The notes under the pieces: generated by a model
Database searches by the model: none
Seen by the model: the letters and a program-made list of their open reading frames with translations, nothing else
Told to the model about the DNA's origin: nothing
Assembly: GCA_026770705.1 (NCBI GenBank)
Contig: JANJGN010000071.1
Coordinates: 1,488,001-1,552,000 of the forward strand
Origin: Isurus oxyrinchus
Taxonomy: Eukaryota
DNA: 64,000 nt
Direction: 5' to 3'
Shown here: positions 24,898 through 37,697 of the stretch, piece by piece
How the letters are laid out: each line of letters starts with the position of its first letter
Numbering within the stretch: position 1 is the first letter of the stretch
Translations under genes and position numbers: made by a program

Positions 24898-25344
24898 ACA
24901 GTTACACACGTTGCTAGGGACCACTTTTCCGCCTCTCTGTCAGACTGTGTGTATCTGACAGCAGGTCAGGCAGAAATAGTCCAGAATGCGCTGTGGTTTT
25001 GTAGCATTGAAACAACGACAGGAACTAAATGAGTGCTGCACCAAATAAAGACATGGAGTTACCACACCAAAAAACCACGTGACATCCCCAGTTTCACATC
25101 TCCCTCAAACACAGAAAAACTGGGTTAACACTGACCCTCCTCCCAGAGCCAGTTCACCTCGTGTCCGATGCAGTCAGGAGAGGAAGATCATCTCTCCTCC
25201 GATCCTGCTAAACTGAACATTTCCAGAATGAGATCAGCTCCCTGAAGTGTCTCCAGTTAGACATTCATCTGACAGGATTGACTCTACAACCCTGGGGACT
25301 CATTCTCCTGTAAGTAAAACACTTGCTGCTCCTGTCAAATCTCT

Positions 25345-25630
25345 TCTGTACAGCATGGTCTCTGGATGTCCCAGAACACTTTACAATAGAGTTCACCATT
25401 TTTTCGAAGTGTGGTTACTGTTGTAATGTAGGAAACGCAGCAGCCAATTAGCGCACAGCAAGCTCCCACAAACAGCAATGTGATCACCTGTTTTTGGTGA
25501 TGTTGGTTGAGGGATAAATATTGGTGCCAGGACACCGGGGAGATCTCCCCCCTGCTCTTCCTCCAAATAGTGGCTGTGGGATCTTTCACACCCGCCCGAG
25601 AGGGCAGACGGGGGACTCGGTTTAGTGTCT
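25345..25630 (-). mobile_element. DeuSINE (SacSINE1/AmnSINE1-like) 3' part
   Basis: Reverse complement of the SINE body at 39200-39500. Confidence 0.7.
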
Positions 25631-26619
25631 AATATTGGACTAATCTCCAGGCGAGGTTGGCTGGATGGATTATTGACAAGGTCCATTCACCCTGTAAAGA
25701 GTTTCTCTGGTTTGAAATACCCGATCAAACATCGAGTTCTGTGTCTAAACCTTGTGTTGAAAAGACACCTTTCCAGCTCTTCACCTGCCATTAGCTTGTT
25801 GAGTCTTCACATGCTCCGTCTGTCCGTGGCCAACCCCTCTTAGCTCATCCTTTCCTTGTCGTACATCGAGCTGTTCATCCTGACGGGTTCCCTCCTTCCC
25901 AGTAACACTCCATCTCCGACATCAAACTAACTCCCAACACGTTGATGAATTGTATGGATTCCAGCGTCAGTTGGTTCTGTCTGAGGCTGTTTCTCTGATC
26001 GGGGACCGAGCTGTTCTGAATGGACATTGTGTTCAGTACTGATCCTCCGACAGTGCAGCACTCCCTCAGTGCTTACCCTCTGACAGTGCAGCACGCCCTC
26101 AGTACTGATCCTCTGACAGTGCAGCACTCCCTCACCACTCCCTCACTGGGGAGAATCTACCTGGGTTTTGAGCTGAAATCATGAGCAGGTCTTAAAACAT
26201 TCTGTATCAGAGAGAGAGAGAGTGTCTGAGAGAGAGAGAGAGACAGAGAGACTGTGTGAGAGAGAAAAAGAGATAGAGAGTGTGCATGTGTGAGGGAGAG
26301 TGTTTGTATATGAGGGAGAGAGTGTGCATGTGAGAGTGTGTGAGAGAGAGTGTGTGGGAGAGAGTGTGTGTGTGTGACAGAGAGAGTGTGTGTGTGCGAG
26401 GGAGAGAAAGAGAGAGACAGCAGAAGATCGAGATGAAGAGAAATGTTAAATGTTTGAGAGAGAGAGAATGTGCGTGTCTGAGAGAGAGAGTGTGTGTGTG
26501 TGAGAGAGAGTGTGTGCTTGACAGAAAGAGAGATTGTGTTAGTTTTAGGGAAAGTGTGTGAGTGTGTGAGAGAGTGTTTGTGTCTGAGAGAGAGAGAGAG
26601 AATGTATTTGAGGGAGGGA

Positions 26620-29600
26620 GACAGAGAGAATGTGTGTGTGAGAGAGAGAGAGAGAGCAGAAGAGTGCGATAGAGAGAGATTGTGAGTGTTAGAGAGAGAA
26701 TGTGTGTGTGAGAGAGAGAGATAGAGCAGAAGAGTGCGATAGAGAGAGATTGTGTTTGTTAGAGAATGAGTGTGTGTGTGAAAGAGAGAGAGAGAGCAGA
26801 AGAGTGTAATAGAGAGAGATTGTGAGTGTTAGAGAGAGAATGTGTGTGTGTGAGAGAGAGAGAGCAGAAGAGTGTAATAGAGAGAGATTGTGAGTGTTAG
26901 AGAGAGAATGTGTGTGTGTGTGAGAGAGAGAGATAGAGCAGAGGAGTGTGATAGAGAGAGATTGTGAGTGTTAGAGAGAGAATGTGTGTTTGTGAGAGAG
27001 AGAGAGAGAGCAGAAGAGTGCGATAGAGAGAGATTGTGAGAGTTAGAGAGAGAATGTGTGTGTGTGTGAGAGAGAGAGATAGAGCAGAGGAGTGAGATAG
27101 AGAGAGATTGTGAATGTTGGAGAGAGAATGTGTGTTTGTGTGAGAGAGAGAGAGAGCAGAAGAGTGCGATAGAGAGAGATTGTGAGTGTTAGAGAGAGAA
27201 TGTGTGTGTGTGTGAGAGAGAGATAGAGCAGAAGAGTGTGATAGAGAGAGATTGTGAGTGTTAGAGAGAGAATGTGTGTGTGTGTGAGAGAGAGATAGAG
27301 CAGAAGAGAGCGATAGAGAGAGATTGTGAGTGTTAGAGAGAGAATGTGTGTGTGTGAGAGAGAGAGAGATAGAGCAGAAGAGAGCGATAGAGAGAGATTG
27401 TGAGTGTTAGAGAGAGAATGTGTGTGTGTGAGAGAGAGATAGAGCAGAAGAGTGTGATAGAGACAGATTGTGAGTGTTAGAGAGAGAATGTGTGTGAGAG
27501 AGAGAGAGAGAGCAGAAGAGTGTGATAGAGAGAGATTGTGAGTGTTAGAGAGAGAATGTGTGTGTGAGAGAGAGAGAGATAGAGCAGAAGAGTGTGATAG
27601 AGACAGATTGTGAGTGTTAGAGAGAGAATGTGTGTGTGTGTGAGAGAGAGATAGAGCAGAAGAGTGTGATAGAGACAGATTGTGAGTGTTAGAGAGAGAA
27701 TGTGTGTGTGTGAGAGAGAGAGAGATAGAGCAGAAGAGTGTGATAGAGACAGATTGTGAGTGTTAGAGAGAGAATGTGTGTGAGAGAGAGAGAGATAGAG
27801 CAGAAGAGTGCGATAGAGAGAGATTGTGAGTGTTAGAGAGAGAATGTGTGTGTGTGTGAGAGAGAGATAGAGCAGAAGAGAGCGATAGAGAGAGATTGTG
27901 AGTGTTAGAGAGAGAATGTGTGTGTGTGAGAGAGAGAGAGATAGAGCAGAAGAGTGTGATAGAGAGAGATTGTGAGTGTTAGAGAGAGAATGTGTTTGTG
28001 AGAGAGAGAGAGATAGAGCAGAAGAGTGTGATAGAGAGAGATTGTGAGTGTTAGAGAGAGAATGTGTGTTTGTGAGAGAGAGAGAGATAGAGCAGAAGAG
28101 TGCGATAGAGAGAGTTTGTGAGTGTTAGAGAGAGAATGTGTGTGTTTGAGAGAGAGAGATAGAGCAGAAGAGTGTGATAGAGAGAGATTGTGAGTGTTAG
28201 AGAGAGAATGTGTGTGTGATAGAGAGAGAGATAGAGCACAGGAGTGTGATAGAGAGAGATTGTGAGTGTTAGAGAGAGAATGTGTGTGTGAGAGAGAGAG
28301 AGCAGAAGAGTGTGATAGAGAGAGATTGTGAGTGTTAGAGAGAGAATGTGTGTGTGAGAGAGAGAGAGATAGAGCAGAAGAGTGCGATAGAGAGAGATTG
28401 TGAGTGTTAGAGAGAGAATGTGTGTGTGTGAGAGAGATAGAGCAGAAGAGTGCGATAGAGAGAGATTGTGAGTGTTAGAGAGAGAATGTGTGTGTGTGAG
28501 AGAGATAGAGCAGAAGAGTGTGATAGAGAGAGATTGTGAGTGTTAGAGAGAGAATGTGTGTGTGTGAGAGAGAGAGAGATAGAGCAGAAGAGTGTGATAG
28601 AGATTGTGAGTGTTAGAGAGAGAATGTGTGTGAGAGAGAGAGAGAGAGAGCAGAAGAGTGTGATAGAGAGAGATTGTGAGTGTTAGAGAGAGAATGTGTG
28701 TGTGTGTGAGAGAGAGAGATAGAGCAGAAGAGTGTGATAGAGAGAGATTGTGTTTGTGAGAGAGAGAGAGAGCAGTAGAGTGCGATAGAGAGAGATTGTG
28801 AGTGTTAGAGAGAGAATGTGTGTGTGTGTGAGAGAGAGGGGCAGAAGAGTGTGATAGAGAGAGATTGTGAGTGTTAGAGAGAGAATGTGTGTGTGTGTGA
28901 GAGAGAGATAGAGCAGAAGAGTGTGATAGAGAGAGATTGTGAGTGTTAGAGAGAGAATGTGTGTGTGTGTGAGAGAGAGATAGAGCAGAAGAGTGCGATA
29001 GAGGGAGATTGTGAGTGTTAGAGAATGTGTGTGAGTGAACGAGAGATAGAGCAGAAGAGTGCGATAGAGAGAGATTGTGAGTGTTAGAGAGAGAATGTGT
29101 GTGTGTGCGAGAGAGAGATAGAGCAGAAGAGTGCGATAGAGAGAGATTGTGAGTGTTAGAGAGAGAATGTGTGTGTGAGAGAGAGAGAGAGAGCAGAAGA
29201 GTGCGATAGAGAGAGATTGTGAGTGTTAGAGAGAGAATGTGTGTGTGTGAGAGAGAGAGAGATAGAGCAGAGGAGTGTGATAGAGAGAGATTGTGTTTGT
29301 TAGAGAGAGAATGTGTGTGTGTGAGAGAGAGAGAGAGCAGAGGAGTGTGATAGAGAGAGATTGTGTTTGTTAGAGAGAGAATGTGTGTGTGTGAGAGAGA
29401 GATAGAGCAGAGGAGTGTGATAGAGAGAGATTGTGTTTGTTAGAGAGAGAATGTGGGTGTGAGAGAGAGAGATAGAGCAGAAGAGTGAGATAGAGATTGT
29501 GAGTGTTAGAGAGAGAATGTGTGTGTGTGTGAGAGAGAGAGAGAGCAGAAGAGTGCGATAGAGAGAGATTGTGTTTGTGAGAGAGAATGTGTGTGTGAGA

Positions 29601-31350
29601 GAGAGATAGAGCAGAGGAGTGTGATAGAGAGAGATTGTGAGTGTTAGAGAGAGAATGTGTGTGTGTGAGAGAGAGATAGAGCACAGGAGTGTGATAGAGA
29701 GAGATTGTGAGTGTTAGAGAGAGAATGTGTGTGTGAGAGAGAGAGAGATAGAGCAGAAGAGAGCGATAGAGAGAGATTGTGAGTGTTAGAGAGAGAATGT
29801 GTGTGTGTGAGAGAGAGATAGAGCAGAAGAGTGTGATAGAGAGAGATTGTGTTTGTGAGAGAGAGAGAGAGCAGTAGAGTGTGATAGAGAGAGATTGTGA
29901 GTGTTGGAGAGAGAATGTGTTTGTGTGAGAGAGAGAGATAGAGCAGAGGAGTGTGATAGAGAGAGATTGTGAGTGTTGGAGAGAGAATGTGTGTGTGTGA
30001 GAGAGAGATAGAGCAGAGGAGTGTGATAGAGAGAGATTGTGTTTGTTAGAGAGAGAATGTGTGTGTGAGAGAGAGAGAGAGCACAGGAGTGTGATAGAGA
30101 GAGATTGTGAGTGTTAGAGAGAGAATGTGTGTGGGAGAGAGAGATAGAGCACAGGAGTGTGATAGAGAGAGATTGTGAGTGTTAGAGAGAGAATGTGTGT
30201 GTGAGAGAGAGAGAGATAGAGCAGAAGAGTGCGATAGAGAGAGATTGTGAGTGTTAGAGAGAGGATGTGTGTGTGTGAGAGAGAGAGAGAGAGAGCAGAA
30301 GAGTGCGATAGAGAGAGATTGTGTTTGTGAGAGAGAGAGAGAGCAGTAGAGTGCGATAGAGAGAGATTGTGAGTGTTAGAGAGAGAATGTGTGTGAGAGA
30401 GAGATAGAGCAGAGGAGTGTGATAGAGAGAGATTGTGAGTGTTGGAGAGAGAATGTGTTTGTGTGAGAGAGAGAGATAGAGCAGAGGAGTGTGATAGAGA
30501 GAGATTGTGAGTGTTGGAGAGAGAATGTGTGTGTGTGAGAGAGAGAGATAGAGCAGAGGAGTGTGATAGAGAGAGATTGTGAGTGTTAGAGAGAGAATGT
30601 GTGTTTGTGAGAGAGAGAGAGAGAGCAGAAGAGTGCGATAGAGAGAGATTGTGTTTGTGAGAGAGAGAGAGAGAGAGCAGTAGAGTGCGATAGAGAGAGA
30701 TTGTGTTTGTTAGAGAGAGAAGGTGTGTGTGTGAGAGACAGAGAGATAGAGCAGAAGAGTGTGAAAGAGAGAGATTGTGAGTGTTAGAGAGAGAATGTGT
30801 GTGTTTGAGAGAGAGAGAGATAGAGCAGAAGAGTGTGATAGAGAGAGATTGTGAGTGTTAGAGAGAATGTGTGAGAGAGAGAGATAGAGCAGAAGAGTGT
30901 GATAGAGAGAGATTGTGAGGGTTAGAGAGAGAATGTGTGTGTGAGAGAGAGAGATAGAGCAGAAGAGTGTGATAGTGAGAGATTGTGAGTGTTAGAGAGA
31001 GAATGTGTGTGTGTGAGAGAGAGAGATAGAGCAGAAGAGAGCGATAGAGAGAGATTGTGAGTGTTAGAGAGAGAATGTGTGTGTGTGAGAGAGAGAGATA
31101 GAGCAGAAGAGTGTGATAGAGAGGGATTGTGAGTGTTAGAGAGAGAATGTGAGTGTGAGAGAGAGAGAGAGAGAGAGAGCAGAAGAGTGCGATAGATAGA
31201 GATTGTGAGTGTTGGAGAGAGAATGTGTGTGTGAGAGAGAGAGAGACAGAGCAGAAGAGTGTGATCGAGAGAGATTGTGAGTGTTAGAGAGAGAATGTGT
31301 GTGTGTGTGAGAGAGAGATAGAGCAGAAGAGTGCGATAGATAGATATTGT
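26620..31350. repeat. About 4.7-kb satellite of 60-66-bp units built from microsatellite modules (agagcagaagagtgtgatagagagagattgtgagtgttagagagagaatg(tg)n(ag)n)
   Basis: Dozens of tandem units directly visible. Confidence 0.97.
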
Positions 31351-31617
31351 GACGACTAAACTCACTGAGAGAAAAAGCTGGACACCCAGCACAGGGAGTG
31401 AGGGAACAATGAATTTTTGCCGTGTTTGGTGAATCGGTTTGCGATGTCCCTTCTCAATCTCTCCTTCCTTGTCTTGACATTAGTTTATTCCCTGGTGCTG
31501 TTTAACTCCCTGAAAGGTGCCATTTAACCACAAGTTGTTGTTTGAGGAAGAAACGCTGGGGACAATTTATGAAAAAGTCTCTGTCTTTATCATTTCCATT
31601 TAGATGAGGAACTGAAG

Positions 31618-31663
31618 ATGGGAGAGGTCGGTCTGATATTGATCTTCATCAGCTTGCTGCAAG
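31618..31663 (+). CDS. Gene B leader/signal-peptide exon (MGEVGLILIFISLLQG)
   Basis: Acceptor at 31602-31603, ATG at 31618, CAAG|GTAC donor in phase 1, matching the V exon at 32484; same 'SLLQG' ending as the gene D leader. Confidence 0.8.
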
Positions 31664-31994
31664 GTACAAATTCATTACTGATCGGAACTCTGGGAATTGG
31701 ATTCTTTCCTGGAGTGAGGAAGTGAACATTTAATTTTAGAGAACAGGATTAGTGATCACACAGAGAGTGAGCGAATAGCGAGTCAGAGAATATAGCAAAA
31801 GCAAAAGCCTCATACGGACTCGAAATACCAACTCTGTTTCTCTCTCCACAGATGCTGTCAGACCTGCTGAGTTTTTCCAGCATTTTCTGTTTGTGCATCA
31901 GAGAGCTTGTTTCAATAGGAATGACAGTGCATTTATATAGCACCTTTAATGCAGTAAAACATCCTTATTGCTTCACAGGATTCCCCCACAAGGG

Positions 31995-32450
31995 GTAACA
32001 TCCCCTCAGCATCCACCCTGTCAAACCCCCCACCACCTCAGAATCTTATATGTTTCAATAAGATCACCTCTCATTCTTCTAAACTCCAATGGATACAGGG
32101 CCCAACCTGCTCAACATTTCCTCACAGGACAAACCCTCTTCATCCCAGGAATCAGCCCAGTGAACCTCCTCTGAATTGCCTCCAATGCAGAGTCTATCCC
32201 TCCCTAAGTAAGGAGACCAGAACTGTACACACTGCTCCTGATACAATCTCACCAACGCCCTGTGCAGTTGTAGCAAGACTCCCCTCCTTTTATACTCCAT
32301 CCCTTTGCAATAAAGGCCAACATTCCACTTGCCTTCCTCATTCCGTGCTGTTCCTGAATGCTGACTTTCTGTGATTCATGTACAAGGACACCCAGGTCCC
32401 TCTGTACCGCATTCTGCTGCCTCTCTCCATTGAAGTAATATTCTGCTTTT
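31995..32450 (-). mobile_element. CR1-like LINE fragment
   Basis: Highly similar to about 3350-3790. Confidence 0.85.
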
Positions 32451-32483
32451 TGATGTCCTGTCTCTTCCCTTGTTGCCTTTCAG

Positions 32484-32785
32484 GAGTGACGTCAGAGGGA
32501 TGGTCTATGAAGGCGCTGCCTCAGAGGGCCATCAGCAGCTCTTGTGTGGTTATTCCGTGTAGCTTTGACTTTCCTTCCCACTCTTACACAGCACTGCACG
32601 GAGCTTGGTATAAATATTGGTATAGATGGAAATATACCATCACATACACCAAAGATCCCAATTATGGGGTGGCCACATTCGTGGGACGTGCTAAAATAAT
32701 TGGCGACTTGGAAGGGAAGAATTGTTTGGTGAGGATTGACAGTCTCAGAGCTGAAGACAGTGACGTGTATTACACCCAATTCTAA
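32484..32785 (+). pseudogene. Gene B MAG/sialoadhesin/CD22-like V-set exon, truncated in strand F by a Gypsy fragment
   Basis: cctttcAG acceptor; GVTSEGWSM...SSCVVIPCSFDFP...GAWYK...FVGRAKIIGDLEGKNCLVRIDSLRAEDSDVYY, then retroelement sequence and a stop; no G strand or donor site. Confidence 0.85.
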
Positions 32786-33890
32786 ATCTTTTCACCAATT
32801 AGTCGTCCTCATGAAGATGTATTTTCAGCTGAAGCCGTGGGTAATAATGCAGAGGTTTAAGTTTAACTCCAGAGTAAGGGCCCAGGGAGAGTCCATCGCA
32901 ACCTATACAGTGAAGTGGAAGCAGGTGACTGAGCACTGGGACCTCGGAGACACACTCAATGACATGTTGCGGGGCCGATTGGTTTGTGTCGTTCACCCCA
33001 ACGCCATTCAGAGCCGTTTACTCGCAGAAGCCGACATCGATTTGAAGCGCACCATGGAAATAGCGCCAGGCATGGAAAGTGCTGGGAGAGACTGGCGGGA
33101 TTTACAGGATGTACAACATGGCGCCAGTCCTCAGCTGGGACAGGAAACAACCACCGGGCGTGAGGCTCAAACTGGAGAGAGAGAGAGAGAGACAGCCGCC
33201 AAGCGAGAGACAGTCTCTGCCGCTCCAGAAACTAAAAGGCTTCGTGGGAGTATTTCAGCAGCAACTCCGAAGTTGGCCTTTTCTCGATGTGGGGGGCATT
33301 GAGCACGTACTGGACACCTGCAGGTTCAAGGGGGCAGAATTCCATCACTGCCACAAGAAAGGGGTGGGTAATAAAGCAATGCAGGGTGAAATCGAGACAG
33401 CCCATCAGGCAGTGCACCAACATGATGGAAGTGAATAATATCACAGAGCCTGAAGCTGCTGATACCGATGTCTATTCCCTGTCCAATGTCACAGTGGTAA
33501 AAACTGAACCTATAACCATCACAACCCAAGTGAATGGGCAGCCACTAGTAATGGGGCAGATACGGGAGCCTCAGACACAGTGGTGGAAGAGCCCACATTT
33601 AAACAGCTAAATGAAGGAACCCAGACGCTGAATTTAGAGCCAACAATGGATCAGCTGAAGACACACACTGGAGAATCCATACAGGGAAAGGACCTCATCC
33701 CAGTACCTGTGTCCTACAGGCAGCAGACAGCCCAGCTTCCAGTGATCATAGCGACAGGTGAGGGCCCTAGTCTTCTGGGCCGAGACTGGTTCCAGAAAAC
33801 CAAGCTCAGCTGCTCTGAAATGTTTCACTGGAGGAGTTGCTGAGTTGCTGGGGGAATATGAGAGTGTATCTCGGAATGAGTTTGAAGAAT
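32775..33890 (+). mobile_element. Ty3/Gypsy LTR retrotransposon internal fragment (gag, zinc knuckle, protease), degenerate
   Basis: IMQRFKFNSRVRAQGESI...LNDMLRGRLVC (gag), CSRCGG/CHKKG-like knuckles, VNGQPL...GEGPSLLGRDW (protease region). Confidence 0.85.
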
Positions 33891-34134
33891 TGAAGCATCC
33901 TCACAGGCTGCAAGTGTCCCTCAGGTCAGAGTTGGTTCCACTGGAAAATCCTGAAGAGAAAGAAAGCGAATTCTGTGCCGCTCTGAGCAAACTGAAGAAA
34001 CAGTTGGCAGGGAAGACCCAACCATGTCCAATGTTCCAGGAGGAAGGCAAGAGATACAAGGAAGAGACTGAAGAGCTGAAGATTCAGCTGAATGAAACCA
34101 AAGAGGCAGTTACAGTATCACAACAAGTTTACAG

Positions 34135-34372
34135 TGCAGAAGGAGGCCATTCAGCCCCTTGAGCCTGTTACACAGGAACAGGAAGAGGCCATTCAGCCTC
34201 CTCAAGCCTGTTACACAGGAACAGGAAGAGGCCCATTCAGCCCCCTCGAGACTGTTACACAGGAACAGGAGGAGGCCATTCAGCCCCCTCAAGACTGTTA
34301 CACAGAAACAGGAGGAGGCCATTCTGCCACTTATGTCCGTTATACAGGAACAGGAGGAGGCCATTCAGCCCC
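34135..34372. repeat. 43-44-bp tandem repeat derived from a CR1-like 3' tail (acaggaggaggccattcagccc...)
   Basis: About 5.5 copies visible. Confidence 0.85.
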
Positions 34373-34759
34373 TTGTAGGGTGTGGTGGTGTGTGTCAGCT
34401 TCACCTGCGACTTCTGAGCCGTCTGAATCGCTCCCACTCCCTGGGTTCTAGACCTTGGACTTATTCGGGGCTTGTCACAAAGTGCAGCAGACAACTGGTT
34501 TTGGTGCAAGACAAAAACTGAGTTTACTGAAGTCACAAATGAACTTCTAACATTAGGATGACACTGAGATTATACAGACTTACAAAGTACACTGAGTTAA
34601 GAATGGGGAACACACGGCATAACGAGGGAGAATCACGCTACTAATGCCCTTACCCTTGTCCCACCCCCAAACCCTAACTAAATTGCACTAGGAGAGGTCA
34701 GGGGTCATGCTCACCAACCCAGGGTTCCTTGACAGTTGGAAATTTTGAGAACCCTTCAA

Positions 34760-35380
34760 GAGATGGGGAGGGTTACAGGGGCTGGAGGAGGTTACAGAGA
34801 TAGGGAGGGTTGTAGGGGCTGGAGGAGGTTACAGAGATAAGGAGTGTTGTAGGGGCTGGAGGAGGTTACAGAGATAGGGAGGGTTGTAAGTGCTGGAAGC
34901 TGTTCCAGAGATAGGGAGGGTTGTAGGGGCTGGAGGAGGTTACAGGTATAGGGAGGGTTGTAGGGGCTGGAGGATGACACAGAGATAGGGCGAGTTGCAG
35001 GGGGTGGAGCAGGTTGTAGAGATAGGGAGGGTTGTAGGGACTGGAAGAGATTACAGAAATAGGGAGGGTTGTGGTGGTTGGAGGATGTTACAGAGATGGG
35101 CAGGATTGTCAAGGCTGGTGGAGGCTTGGGAGATTATTAGGGTTACAGTGGCTAGAGGAGGTGACATGTATAGGGGTGTTGTCGGGCTGGAGGTTGTTAC
35201 AGGGATAGGGAGGATTGTATGGGCTTGTGAAGGAGGTTACAGATATAGGGAGGGTTGTGGGAGGTGGAGGAGGTTACAGAGATGGGGAGGATTGTAGGGG
35301 CAGGTGGAGGTTACAGAGATAGGGAGGGTTGTAGGGGCTGGAGGAAAGGGACAGAGAGAGGAGGTTACAGATATAGGGAG
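34760..35380. repeat. About 37-bp minisatellite, reverse orientation of 2085-2960
   Basis: (agagatagggagggttgtaggggctggaggaggttac)n. Confidence 0.9.
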
Positions 35381-36464
35381 GGAGACAGTCAGAGAGAGAG
35401 CCTCCAGGAGATAGAGAGCGATAGAGAGATTGAGAGACAGACAGAGACTGAGAGAGGGGGAAGAGAGAAGGAGAGTGAGAGAGAGAGAGAGCGATTGTGA
35501 AAGATGGTGGAAGGGAAGAGTGGGGAGGAGGGGGCCTGATGGTATTTTCGCTGGACCAGTAATCCAGAGACCCAGTGTAATGCTCCTGGGACCCTGGTTA
35601 GAATCTCACCACAGCAGTTGGTGGAATTTCAATTCAATAAAAACCTGGAATTAAAAGTCCGATGATGACCAGGAAACCATTGCTGATTCTTGTATTTGGG
35701 TCACAAATGCCCTTTAGGGAGGGAAATCTGCTGTCCTTACCTGGTCTGGCCTACATGTGACTCCAGACCCACAGCAATGTGGTTCACTTTTAAAAAGTGG
35801 CCTCTGAACAAGGGCAATTAGGGTTGGGCAATAAATGCTGGCCTAGGCAGTGATGTCCACATCACATGAAAGAATGAAATAAAAGGACAGAGAGGGACAG
35901 ACAGAGTCGAGAGACACCCAGAATGAAAAAAAACACAGTAAACACTGGAAAATAAACATTCTGGTCTGATCTGGTCTTGTATACCTTCAAATGGAACACC
36001 AGTAAAACAGGGAAATAAGAGTACTGGGCCAAACTGTTAGAGAGGGGCACATTTAGAGAGAGAGAGAGAGAGAGAAAGAGGGAGACACTGAAAGAGATAA
36101 GGACATGGAAAGAAAGAGTGAGAGAGAGAGACAGACAGAGACACACAAAGAAGTAGAAAGAAAGTGATAGAGATGAAGCAGGAGAGAATGAGGAGAAAGA
36201 TAGATAGATAGAGAGAGAGGATGGTAGAGAAAGAGAACGAGAGGAAAAGAGACAAAGGCAGAATGTGATGGAACACTGAATCCTTGTCTATGCATTTTGA
36301 AATCCAGCCCAGAACTATCATTGGAAGATTCAGCGAGTGTCCAGTACAGGGGACCCAGCCCAACCTTCTCATCCTGACCTTCCCAGTGGGGCTGAAGAGG
36401 GCAGAGAGGAAACCTTCCTCTGTTATTCTGTTGTCGAATAAACACAACAATTCTGGAACTCTGC

Positions 36465-37060
36465 CCTTTCTATCTCACGGATTAGAATATAAGGGGGCAG
36501 AGGTCATGCTTCAGTCTACATAAAGCCCTGGCTAGACCACACCTGGAGTCACTGTGAGACATTCTGGGCCCCACACCTTAGGAAGGATATATTGACCTCG
36601 GAGGGAGAGCAGTGTCAGTTTACCAGAATGAGACTGGGACTCCAAGGGTTAAATCACAAGGAGAGATTAAACACAAACTCGGCTTGTATTCCCTGGAAGT
36701 TAGAATGTTAAGCAGGAGATTTGATGAAAGTTCGCATGATAATAAGGGGAACAGATCGGGGGCGATAAAGAGAAACCATTTCCCCTGGTTGGGGGGAGTC
36801 TGGGACTCAGGGTCAGAGCCTAAAAAGGAATTAAATTAGGAAGTACAAAGGGTGGGAGAAATTTGGAACTCTCTTCCCCAAACAGGAACTGATGCACGAT
36901 CAAGTTGTTCATTTTAAACCTGTGAGACTGATAGATTTTTGTTATCCAAAGGTATTAAAGGAGATGGGACAAAGCCATATGGGGCTAGTTTGCAGATCAG
37001 CCATGATCTCATTGAATGGTGGAGCAGGCTCGAGGGGCCAAATGGCCTCCTCCTACCCTC
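36465..37060 (+). mobile_element. CR1-like LINE 3' fragment
   Basis: GLEYK, RPHLE and WAPHLRKDI remnants; tail gatcagccatgatctcattgaatggtggagcaggctcgagggg. Confidence 0.75.
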
Positions 37061-37620
37061 ATGTAATAGAAACTTACCTGTCAGAAGCCAGTTTATGTTG
37101 ATGTGAGTCTGAGTCGATGACTGAACCCAGTTGGTAACTTGTTCCATACAAAGCAAGAACGTTCATGCCCTTCAATGTTCCTGGATAAACCATGAACAAA
37201 GCTGGTGACAGACAGTCTCCACATGGTAAACAGTTAACCCCTAAACCTCAGCGTAAATCAGTTCCCCCTCGAGGCCCCTTGTCCAAAATAAAAGCAACGC
37301 ACACAATTTGTAAAATAGTAAGTGTAGCAATGAGAGGAGTAAGGGGTTAGAGGGCATGCGGTTCACCTGATTTGCCGACATAAGAACCAGCCCCTATGTT
37401 TTTGCTATGTTGTGTTGCGTCAATATGAACACATATCTGCACAAGGTGAAGGGCGTTGCGGAGGGACTGATAGTTCTCGGTGCCAGACAGTCAATGTCCC
37501 AGTGACCTTACTGCTGGTCCCAGGCCAGTGGGACAGGGAACATCGACACTGCAATATCCAGAAATGGGTGTGATACCACACAGCTACCCACCCGCGGCTG
37601 TCCCCTTCAAGTGTTTCAGG

Positions 37621-37628
37621 TATAAGAG
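37621..37628 (+). promoter_or_regulatory. Candidate TATA box of the hepcidin-like gene
   Basis: TATAAGAG 77 nt upstream of the ATG, consistent with a short 5' UTR. Confidence 0.55.
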
Positions 37629-37697
37629 CAGGAAGCTCCTCTAGTTACAAACCAAAGCATCAAAGCAGAGCCAGAAGATCAGAAGAGACAGGCAGAG

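Noticed and set aside
25770-26020. Minus-strand unique sequence bounded by AG/GT that looks exon-like (also about 25200-25307)
   Set aside because: Stops in all frames and no recognisable homology.
26620-31350. Regular repeat with variable intervening lengths, superficially CRISPR-like
   Set aside because: Vertebrate DNA; the variable parts are microsatellite slippage, not unique spacers; no cas genes.
33850-34140. Coiled-coil-like ORF tail after the Gypsy protease
   Set aside because: No start or splice context; most likely retroelement-associated debris.
36307-36378. Possible short terminal exon (PELSLEDSASVQYRGPSPTFSS*) for gene B
   Set aside because: Weak acceptor, no upstream TM exon, no recognisable motif.
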